Assembly (NCBI RefSeq): GCF_006345805.1
Contig: NC_043003.1
Coordinates: 39,556,001 to 39,620,000, forward strand
Source: Octopus sinensis
Lineage: Eukaryota
Direction of reading: 5' to 3'
DNA length: 64,000 bases
Shown here: one piece after another, positions 26,385 through 38,447 of the stretch
Layout: every line of letters starts with the position of its first letter
How positions within the stretch are numbered: position 1 is the stretch's first letter
Made by a program: the position numbers and the translations under genes
The notes under the pieces: model-generated
Told to the model about the DNA's origin: nothing
The model's database searches: none
What the model saw: the letters and a program-made list of their open reading frames with translations, nothing else

Positions 26385-29300
26385 CTAGCAGAGACACCTG
26401 GCATTGCTAGGGATTAGAATGGCATAGCTTGTATATAATATATTACAGATATGTTGAAACAGGTGATATGGGAAAGTACAGCATTGACAACAAAACATTT
26501 GTAGAGTAAGTGATGGGATAATTCAATTAAGCAACATGCTATGTGTCCGTTTGGAGTATTTCAGGCCCTAACCTGTGGGTGTTATGTGATTTTTGAATGC
26601 ACCGAGAAGCTGTCAGTGGATATACTCTCTTTTGCAGCAGTTGGCGCTGTGTCTAACATGACCCATCATCTGAAATGTTGACACCTCCTTCGGATTTGTT
26701 GTCCTACATCACTCATTAAGTAAATTTGGAGGAACTGTGGTAGTTCATTTGTGGGTAACAGGGAACCAATGAAGTGATAGACTTGCCCTTGAACTTTGAC
26801 GTCGTAAATTCATGTTTACCTATCTTCTTAGATGCACCAAATGATGTTATTTGCAGAGTTATATTGTCTGATATTGTTCAGAAAATCCTTTGACTGGATG
26901 GAAATGCCTTCTAGAAGATCATTTGAAAATTCAAAAGATCTCTAGAAAAGGCAATTTGTGTTTAGCACACCAACTTGGACAGAGTTATTATTTTGATAAG
27001 AATGGGATGGATCATATCTGAAAACATCTTCAGAAGTTGTGAAGAATGTATTTGTACATAGTCTGTTTCTGAGAGCTATTCTATTGGACCTCTGTCTAAT
27101 CATTAAAACATTGATTTAATGATCCAGCATTAAGTGCTGCAACATGCATTTGCCGATCTTAAGAAAATCTCATCTAGCTTCTCTCTTCAGACTCTCGCCT
27201 TCGATTTTCTACAATCCTCCTTGCTTTATACTTATTTCTGGAGAGATTACGTCTTTTCTTTGGTGGCATATTTTTCTCAATATTGCAAACAAAAAAATTA
27301 TGAACATAGAAAGAAATTATACATTAATCCCTATTTTTGTAAGCAGCTGTATCCATAAAAATGTTATTTGAAGAGAGCAGAATTTGAAAGAAGAGAAAGC
27401 AAAAAGAACACAGAAAGAAAGTGAAAGATGTATGTACGTCTATATGAAATGAACGTGTGTGTGTGTGTGTGTGTGAGAGCATGCTTGCACCTGTGTATGT
27501 GAAAGAGAAAGAAGGTGAGAAGGAGAGATAGCATGAGGGAGTGAAGGTGTGTGTCATGATGACTGATTTCTTTTAAGGTACACACACACACAGAAAATGT
27601 GACGTCATCATATAAAATTTTTATGATAGTTGATTCATGGAAAAGATTGTTAAATTTTTGAAATGCAAATATGTTAATGGAAATTAAGTTTAATTTGTAG
27701 CCAAAATAGTAATGAATCTTTTGATTCCCTATACATCAAAATCTGTAACTTGGTTCTCCCTCAAAGCACCCTACTGTCTTAATCTGACAATTCTCTTTAT
27801 TATGTAGTTTGAATGAAAAACTGTAACTAAAGATTAAGATTATAAACCCCACAGAGAGAGGAAAGAAGAGAGACAGCATAGTGACAGTTTTTGGCTGTCA
27901 TCCTGTATTCCCCTTGCTGCTAAGGAAATGGTATGTGCTGGCTGTCTGAGCAACTGGTTGTTTTAATAGTGGAACAAACAGGACATAAAGATTACAGAAA
28001 TGACGACTTTGAAACTAGCAATTTTGAAAATCTTTTTTAGATTATAAAATGCTCTACTCTCTCATGTATCCATGTTTAAAATTTCAGCACGATCAGATGA
28101 ACAATTCTCAAGTTGTAAGCACACAAACAGACAGACGTGCGCTTTTCCACGACACTCTACCTGCATCTAATGAGGAGGACTGCTTCACCAACCTGGGCTG
28201 CCAACCAGCCCAGTGGACGCCAGGTCTTGGCCAGTTCCATGCAGTCATCCTTTTGCGGTTGCCTGCAAGTGCACTGTGGACCAGTTTAACTTTTTCAGGC
28301 ATCCCCATCATCTAAACATCTCCCCAGTCGAACTCTTCGCTCTTCGATATCTCCAACACCACACTGACATCATCATAAAACTGGCCGACAAGGCCAAAGC
28401 TCTCCGCCAACTTCAAGACACCTCCTTCTACTGCCCTCTGCTCTTTGACCCACGCCAAGCGACCAACAGACTGTGTCCTCCACTATCCATGACTTCATCT
28501 CCTCCTCCTGTCTCGCCCCACTGCCTCCAACTTCATTGTCAGCACCCCTCACACCCCCACTATTTACTTACTCCCCAAAATCCACAAACCTAATAACCCT
28601 GGCCACCCCACCGTCTCCACCTGCAACTGCCCCACCAAACTCATCTCCAGATATCATGACCATGTCCATGTCCCACTAGTGGCTTCCTTCCCCTCTCACA
28701 TCCATGACACCAACCACGTGCTTCGTTTGTTCAACTCTTTCTCCTTCCCATCTGGCCCCTCTAAACTTCTCTTCACTCTTGACATCCAGAGCCTTTACAT
28801 GGTGATCCCTCACCATGAGGGGATGCATGCACTCCAACATTTCCTTGACCTTTGACCCAACCCCCAACCCAACACATCCACACTCATTCATCTGGCCAAA
28901 CTTGTCCTCTCACACAACTGCTTCTCGTTTGCTGGTGATTTCTACCAGCAGTACTCGGGAGTGGTCATGGGAATGTGAATGGGCCCCAACTATGCGAACC
29001 TATTTGTTTGCTATGTTGAGGCCCAAATATTCTCAAGTTTCACTGGTCCCACTCCCGAACTATACGGCCGTTTATATTGAAGACTGTATCGGTGCAACCT
29101 CACTCTCCTGCAAACATCTAGACTCCTTCCTCTCTTTTCTCAAATCTTTCCATCCTGCCCTCCACTTCTCCTGCACTATCCCTGATACTTCTGTATCCTT
29201 TCTTGACATTTCGGTCAGCATTCATTACTCCACTCTCACCACCGCCATCCACTATAAACACACAGACTCACATTCATACCTCAACTTCTCCTCCTCCTAC

Positions 29301-32300
29301 CCTAAACACACCAAGCTTTCCATTCCCTATTCCCAATTCCTCCATCTACACAGGCTCTGTAGAGACGACCATGACTTTGAGACTTAGTCTCAACTCATGG
29401 CTCGCCACTACATCCTTTTATCACATGATATAAATGGTATATCACATCATGTGATATAAATTGTATATTACATCTAGTTTATTTCTTATTTTCATAGCTA
29501 AAATACTATTGTTATTTTCACAGCTAAAATACATATCTCTATCAATTTATTCTATAGATTTTTTTTACGTTATGTTTTCACGTGATAACTTTCTTAGCAA
29601 TGCTAGGTTCTAAGTTTAACATTTAAAATTTTGGTTAACTGATATTCTTCAATAAGATAAGTTATGATTTTATTTTTCATCAATATTGTTACATTTTATT
29701 TGATTATTTATTGTTATGATACGTATATTTCTATAGTTATTTGTTAATTATTATATGTTAAGTTACATACATTTATTTTATTATTTTAGACCTGAAGAGT
29801 GGCTATATTTTTAAATCGAATTAATTTTAAATCAAATTTATTTTAATAGTATCAATTTTATTATAGTCATGAAACACGCGTAGTCAAGTTAACGTTTATT
29901 TAATTTAGTGATTTTTTAAATAATATTTATTATAGTGTAGCAATAGTTATCTTCATTGCTATCTTCACTGTTTGAGAAAAACATTAGGAATGATCTCGTT
30001 TGAGATTACAAACATCTTTGGCTAGTTTAACCTTGTTGTTTCCACTGATATGATTGGTTAGCATCTAAGCACGGTATGTCTCTCTACTTATTTCGCCCCA
30101 GTGTGTAAACTGACCAATCACAGCTTTTGGATAGGACCTTTCATTTGAGCCATCTTAACTCCATAAATAGGCTGATTATTTGATGATTCACCATCTTTCG
30201 GCTTAAGACCTTTTAAGGTCTTGGTCGGAGACCACACAGAGCTTACTCAACAATGTTCCAGTTCAAAAGGCAGACGACAGCCAAGCCAACCATACTATGA
30301 AGACACTATTGCAAACCAGCGTCAGACAGAACGTCATCACCAGCATCATCTCCATCTACGAAGATTTCAACTTGTACACAACAAGATAAATACAGATTCA
30401 ACTCATGCTGTTAGTGTGAAAACCTCACCACGGAAAAACAGTTGCAGTATATATATCTGAAAGAATATCTATATCAAGAGAAAAATATGCACAACAAGTG
30501 ATTCAACTAATCTCCACTCCGAGACTCAAATCTTGTTATAGAACTCATTATCGTGTACTACATGAACTGGTAAAATAACTCTAAAATAACTCCATTTGAA
30601 CTCAAATTGTTGAGACTTCTCTTATGCTCTGTTGTATTCGCATGCACCTTATTCTGTACTTCTGTCGCACACATGAACACACAGACACAAATATTATAAG
30701 CATGCATTCATGACACAACACTATGCTAATAATCACAAATCACTTTGTACACTGTGAATAAAATCTATCTTCTCTTTATAAAAGTAGAACAGTTTTTGGC
30801 GTCCTTTATTCATTTACTTTGCACTGTATATAAACATGTATAATGGCTTATATATAACATAACATTATGTTATGTTGGAATGCAGCCGTGCGCTGTACAA
30901 AAGGAGAAATATGTCACCAAACTCCTCACGTATGGTCGTATTCTCACAATAGTGTATTTAAATTTTTCATATATAATATAGATAATGTCTTTCACTATTG
31001 AATTACTTAATAGAGGTTATATCTCATAATTATATACATATATTATATATTGTGAAATTTGATTTAGAATTGCTAAATTGAATTTTTCCCAGTGAGTTTG
31101 GAATTATATTCCCTACTATTATATATATATATATATATACAAACATACATTATAGCCTCAGGCCCACCAAAGCCTTGTGAGTGGATTTCGTACATGGAAA
31201 CTGTAAGAAGATTGGCATATATATGTGTATATTTGTGTGTGAGTGTGTGTGTTTGTAGCCACACCATTGCTTGACAACTGATGTTGCTGTGTTTACATCC
31301 CTGTAACTTAGCTATTTGGAAAAACACACTGATAGAATAAGTACTAGGCTTACAAAGAATAAATCTTGGGGTTGATTTCTTCGACTAAAGGCCACAGTCA
31401 CATTAACGATACAAGTAAAACAATAAAAATATATGTCATTTTAATCCTGAGCAATGCCGGGTATCGCTGCTAGTGTGTATATATATATATATATATTATA
31501 TATACAGGAGTTGGACAAAATAATGGAAACACCTTAAAATTTCAGACAAATTTATTTTAATATGGGGTAGTACCGCCTTTGGCAGTAATTACAGCTTGAA
31601 TTCTACAAGGTATGGACTCGTACAAAGTTTGAATTGTTTACAAAGGAATTTTTATCCATTCTTCAGCTAAAACAGTGTCCAGTTCTTGTAGTGATGGTAG
31701 TAGATGATATCAACTCCTTGTTTTTATAAAATGCTCCATAAATATTCAATAATATTGAGATCTGGGGACTGTGGTGGCCAGATAAGATGATCAACTTCAC
31801 TAGAATGTTCCTCGTGCCATTCAGTAACAACTTTAGCAGTGTGAATTGGTGCATTATTATCCTGAAAGATTGTGTTTCCCTCCAGAAACTCTTTCGCAAT
31901 GATAGGATGAATTTGATTAGATAAAATGCTTAAATAGTCTTGACTATTAATTCTGCCATAAAGTGAAACCATTGGGCCGGCAGCTTTCCAAGATATAGCC
32001 CGCCAGATCATCACAGATCCTCCTCCATGGTTAACAGTTGGAAGAAAGCAGTCTGGGTCAAATACTTCTTTTGGCTGTCTCCACATGTATACTCGGCCGG
32101 TGGTCGGAAATAAGGTAAAAGATGACTTGTCCAAGAAAATAACATTCTTCCACTGCTCTAGGGACCAATTCTGGAGGTTTTTACTCCACTCTAAATGCTT
32201 TGCAACATTTGATTTTGAAAGTAGTGGTTTTCTGATTGCAGCCCTCCCATGAAATCTGGCTTTGTGCAGCTCCCAGCAAAAAGTTTTTGTGGAAACTGGG

Positions 32301-34445
32301 TTCACGAGGAGGTCATTAAGTTCTGCGGTAATTTTCGGAGCTGTACTTTTGTGATCCTTTCTAACAACTCACGTAAGAGTCCGACAGTCCCTATCTGAAA
32401 GTTTTAGTTTTCTACCGGAGTTTTGTTTTGATGAGGAGGTTTTTACCACTTTCTCAAAGGCTGTCATTACTTTCGAGACAGTACTTCTTGATACACCAAA
32501 CATTTCAGCTGTTTTCGTTACACTAGTGCCTGCCATATGAGCACCAACAATTTTACCTCTTTGAAAGTCTGATAGATCTGTCATTTTAATGAATTTTAAT
32601 TACCTTTTTCCGATGATATCTGTAAAGAAACAGCCATTTTAGCATAACATATTAAGCAACTCTAATAATAAATGAAAAAATATATAAAAATAAACAAGCT
32701 TTTGACGGTATAATAGTTATTTCAAAATTATGATGTTATGATGCTAAGTGTTTCCATTATTTTGTATAACCCCTGTATATATATATATATATATATATAC
32801 ATACATACATACATACATACATAGATACACACACACACACGCACACACACACCTTTCATGCTACTAACATGCACTAAAAACTTCTTATGATACCATGAAA
32901 TTGTAATATTTTCACTAATTTCTTACTCATAATTAGTGAAAGCTAAACTGGTGGACTATGTAAACTGGTTGACTTCTTTTTATATCTATTATTATAACTC
33001 ACTACATAGGAGTAAAATCTCTCCAACAAAACTTTTCACTACACACACACACATAAATATATATTAGTTCATATATAGGTACAGGCATGGCTGTGTGTTA
33101 AGAAGCTTGCTTCCCAACCACATGGTTCTGGGTTCACTCCCACTGCATGGCACCTTGGGCAAGTGTCTTCTACTAAAGCCTCAGGCCAACCAAAGCCTTA
33201 TAAGCGGATGTGGATTAGGTAGACGGAAACTGAAACAAGCCCATATATGTGTGTGTGTGTGTGTGTGTGTAACAGTGTAACATATGGTATAATTAAAAAC
33301 AGGGCAAATATATATGGGTGTGTCTGTGTGTGCGTGTGCATGTATGTATATATTTGCGTGTCTGTGTTCATCTCCCCACCATCACTTGACAACTGATGTT
33401 AGTGTGCTTATGTCCCAGTCATTTAGTGGTTCGGCAAAAGGGACTGATAGAATAAGTACTAGGTTTACAAAGAATAAGTCATGGGGTTGATTTGTTTGAC
33501 TAAAGTTGGTGCTCCAGCATGGCCTCAGTCAAATGACTGAAACATGTGGAAAAAAAATATATATTGGTGAGGATTAGTGTATGCTAGGCTATCTTGTGCT
33601 AGGTCCATTACATCATGACAAGGTCATTACTGTGGTTCTTGTGACTGCAAACACTATGAGATTCAGCATTATACCATTAGGTTGCTATTTACGCAAACTC
33701 ATCCATATATATAAATCAGTTTATTCCAGTAATTACATGCAGACCACCTTACCTGTTGACTTGTCAAGGTTTTTCCACCCTCAGCATCTTTGTCGGAGTC
33801 CCTGATTTCATCCATCAAGCACGTATACATGCTCAGGAAGGAGTAAATAAGTTGCATGTCGGATACTCTGAGGAAGAGTCGGCATTTATGTTGTACAAAG
33901 TAGAGGGTGGGTGGCATGAGCCACTCAAACATGTCATTTATCAGTTCCTTGTGAGCAAGTTCTAGATGGTCTGGGAGTTCATAGTCCATGTAGGATTGCT
34001 TGAAGGGCCTCCATCCCATTTCTTCAGGTTCCATGTAGATCATTCCACATCTGCTCACTGTGGCTGGTGAGGCTTGCTCAAGGTCAGCAGCTTCAAACAG
34101 TAAGTTCATTGCTTTACTCATCTGGATTATTTCACCACTCATTAAACATAGCTATAAAATAGATAATTAAACAGGATAATTAAGATAAAGAAACACAATT
34201 TGTTTAGCTTTTGTTAGTGTGTTATATAAGATGAGAAATTAAAATTTATGAATATAGGCTCAGATGTGGGTGTGTGGTAAGAAGCTTGCTTCCCAACCAC
34301 ATAGTTCCAGATTCAGTCCAACTGTGTGGTACTTTCGGCAAGAGTCTTCTACTATAGCCTCGGACCAACCAAAGCCTTGTGAGTGGATTTGATAAACAGA
34401 AACTGAAAGAAGCCTGTTGTATGTGTATGTGTGTGCATATATATG

Positions 34446-34488
<43 letters not shown>

Positions 34489-37400
34489 TATATATATACA
34501 TAGACATATGTATATACATATATATATACATATGTATATACACATATATAATAATACATACATCATCATCATCATCATCATCATCATCGTTTAACGTCCG
34601 TTTTCCGCGCTAGCACGGGTTGGACGGTTCGACCGGGGTCTGGGAAGCCAGGGGCTGCTCCAGGCTCCAGTCTGATCTGGCAGAGTTTCTACGGCTGGAT
34701 GCCCTCCTAACGCCAACCACTCCGTGAGTGGAGTGGGTGCTTTTTACGTGCCACCTGCACAGGGGCCGGGGGGTCCGGCATCGGTCACGATCGGTTCGAG
34801 CTTTTAAAGTGCCAGTGGCACGGGGGCAACGGGATCCGGGGTACTTTGGGGATCCGGGGTACTTTGAATGGTTAGGGGGTATGTGGAATTGCTGCAGAAA
34901 GCAGCCCGGGTCTTTGCAGTCACAGCATATCTCCAGAGATCTCGGTCCTTCGCCATTGCCTCAGTGAGGCCCAATGCTCTGAGGTCATGCTTGACTACTT
35001 CATCCCATGTCTTCCTGGGTCTACTCTCCCCCTGATACCTTCAACTGTTGGGAGTGGCACTTCTTCACACATCTCTCTTCATCCATCCGCAGCACATGAC
35101 CATACCATCGCAAGCGTCGCTCTTGCACACCACATCTGATGCTTCTTATATCCAGCATTTCTCTCAGGATGCTTACACCTGTCTTGCGTGCACACTGACA
35201 ACAAACATCCAGCGGATCATGCTAGCTTCATTTCTTTCAAGTCTACGCATGTCCTCTGCAGTCACAGCCCATGTTTCATTACCGTGAAGCATGGCAGTTC
35301 ACACACATGCATCATACAGTCTACCTTTCGCTCTGAGGGAGAGACCTTTTGTTGCCAGTAGGGGTAGGAGCTTTCTGAACTTTGCCCAGGCTATTCGTAT
35401 TCTAGTGGTGATACTCTCTGTGCATCCACCTCCGCTACTAACTTGGTCACCCAGGTAGCGGAAACTATCAACTACTTCTAGTTTCTCTCCCTGGAGTGTG
35501 ATGGAATCTGTTTTCTGAGTGTCTGTTGTGTCTATTGTCCCTGTGCATCTGCTGCACATGAAAGCTATCTTATCTGTTAATTTCCCTTTAATGTTGCTGC
35601 ACCTCTTATGTGTCCATAGCTTACATTGGGTGCATCTTATGGAGTTTCTACCTGTACCTTTCTTACAGATTGAGCAGGGCCACCTACCCGAAGGGGTGTG
35701 TGCTGAGTACCTCTTGCTGCTTACTAATACTTTGGTCTTTGCTACATTTATTCTAAGGCCCTTTGATTCTAACCCTTGCTTCCACACCCGAAATTTCTTT
35801 TCTAGTTCCGGTAGTGATTCTGCTATGAGAGCTAGGTCATCGGCATAGAGGAGCTCCCAGGGGCATCCCGTTTTGAATTCCTCTGTTATTGCCTGAAGGA
35901 CTATGATGAATAAAAGGGGACTGGGCTGAGCCCTGGTGCACACCTACTTCTACCCGGAATTTCTTCACTATATCATGCCAGTCCTAACCTTGCTGACAGC
36001 CTCTCTGTATAGAGCCTGTACAGCCCTTATTAGCCATTCGTCAATCTCCAGTTTCCGCATCGACCACCAGATAAGGGAACGGGGAACCCTGTCAAAGGCT
36101 TTCTCCAAGTCTACAAAAGCTATAGTAGGGGTTTATCTTTAGCTAGGTACTTCTCCTGCAGTTGTCGGACCAGGAATATAGCATCAGTGGTGCTTCTACC
36201 TGGTACAAAACCGAACTGCATTTCATCTAAACAAATTCTCTCCCTAATGAGATGGGTTATGACCTTCTCTGAGACCTTCATCACCGGTCCAACAGTTTGA
36301 TACCTCTGTAGTTATTTCTATCTAGAGCATCACCCTTACCCTTGTAAGTTGACTATGTGCTGCTGCACCAGTCATTGGGTATGACTCCATTGTGAACTAC
36401 CTGGTTTACAATGCGGGTGACTATGCCATAGCCCACATAGCCAGCTGTTTTAAGCATCTCAGCAGTGATTCCTGATAGGCCGGGGGCTTTACCTGGTTTC
36501 ATATCCTTAATTGCCTTATCTACAAGGGAGCTGTCTATTCGGGTAGCTGGTCCCTCTACTGGGTCAACATTTGGCAGGCTCTCCTCCTCCCATTCATTCT
36601 CCTCATTCAGCAGTCTTTCATAATGGCTTCTCCAAGCCTCTTTCTTTTCACTAGCAGTAAAAGCAAGTGCCCCATCATCCATTCAGACACATTTCTCTCC
36701 TATAACATCACTATTTTCTCTGACACACTGTCTGGCAATCCGAAATACTTCAGCTCTTTGATCCTCGCGTCGCTGGACATTGGCAAACTTCTTCTTTTCT
36801 GCTACATCTTTGGCTATGTATACCTGCCACCCAGCCTCCCTTTTGGCTATCTGGTACAGTTCCCTGCTGCCCCCATCCTTCCAGGCTTTCCAGGCCCGTC
36901 TCTTTTCACAAATGGCTTTATCTACTGCACTATTCTACCACCACGTAATTCTAGGTCTGGAAGGGACTTTGCACCATCCACAGACTCGGTCTGTGGCACT
37001 CAGCAAGCTGTCCCATAGGAATTCCCAGCTACCTTCTATGTCTGACGTCTGAAGCTCCTCCTCCCTCTCATCAAATTTCTTGATGAGTATGTCCCTAAAT
37101 TTCTGACCATGTGAAGGGTTCTTTAGCCTCCAAATCCTTCTTTTCTGGATTGGTTTGTTTCTTGGAGTCCTTCTGGCCTCAAGCTTAAAGTCACTGATGA
37201 TTAGTCTATGCTGAGGGATACATTCTTCACTCGGGAGGGTCTTTGTATTCAAGAGCAACCCTGCATCCCGCTGTCTGGTGAGGATGAAGTCTATTTGGCT
37301 AGCGGAATCTCCTGACTGATAAGTTATAAGGTGGCAAACTGGCTTCTTGAAGTTAGTGTTGCAGATTGAAAGGTTACATGCATCACAGAATTCCAGCAGT

Positions 37401-38410
37401 CTAGTTCCCTCATCATTTCTGGTGCCAATACCATGGCCACCATGTACCCCAGTGAAGATACCCGATTCCCGCCCAACATGCCCATTAAAATCTCCACCTA
37501 CAAAGATGAGGTCCTTGCTACTAGTCTTTGAAGTAGCCTGCAGAAGGGTATCATAAAAGTTGTCCTTCTGATCATTTGGTAGTCCCACTTGTGGGGCATA
37601 GGCGGAGATAATCATAGCTGTGCCACTCTGTAGGACCAACCTGAGCTTAAGCACTCTATCGCAAACCCTGACAACCTCTATGACCTTATCCACCCATTTC
37701 TCCGCAAGGAGAATGCCTACCCCCTACACCTTCCACGTTACCTTGCCAGAAGAGTTTGTACCTAAGTGCCTTGCCCGTGAGGACCCTAGCTGAAGCACCT
37801 CTCCATCTTACCTCTTGTATGTAGCATACATCAACCTGTCTTCTCTCTAGCATCTCTACAATCTCACTAGACTTGCCTGTCAATGTACCAACATTGATAG
37901 TGCCAACTCTAAAACTGGGAAGGAGATGTGGGGCGGAGGGGGGGATTCAGCGCCTGAGAAGAGGGGGTTGTTGTGGTGGTGATAGTTTTCGTGGCATTTT
38001 TTTTGATCTCTCTTCCGACCTGACCACGCCGTGGGCAGGAGCTGGTGTTAGCAGTGGTCATTCGTTATCGTCACTGAGTAACGTAATTAGGTAGCGTAGT
38101 AAGGGGAAAAATACAGATATTCTAGAGTTGAGTTGGGGGGGGGGTCCAGCTGAGAAAGGTTCACCAGTGAAACGAGAGAGGAGAGATAGTGGAGGGGTGC
38201 GGGTAATATAGGGGAGCACCAGTGGGGAAGGTTGGGGTAAGGAGGAACGATGGCAGGAAGGGTTGGTGCAGGTTCGTAAGAAATAAAAACGTAGGATATT
38301 ACTAGGCGGGGGGTGGGGGACTGGAAGGAGATAGTCGGATGAGGCAGGCAGTGTCAGATTCAAAAACAGGAGGAAGCGTAAGATCAGTGGGCGGTTGATG
38401 AGCTGTGGCG

Positions 38411-38447
<37 letters not shown>

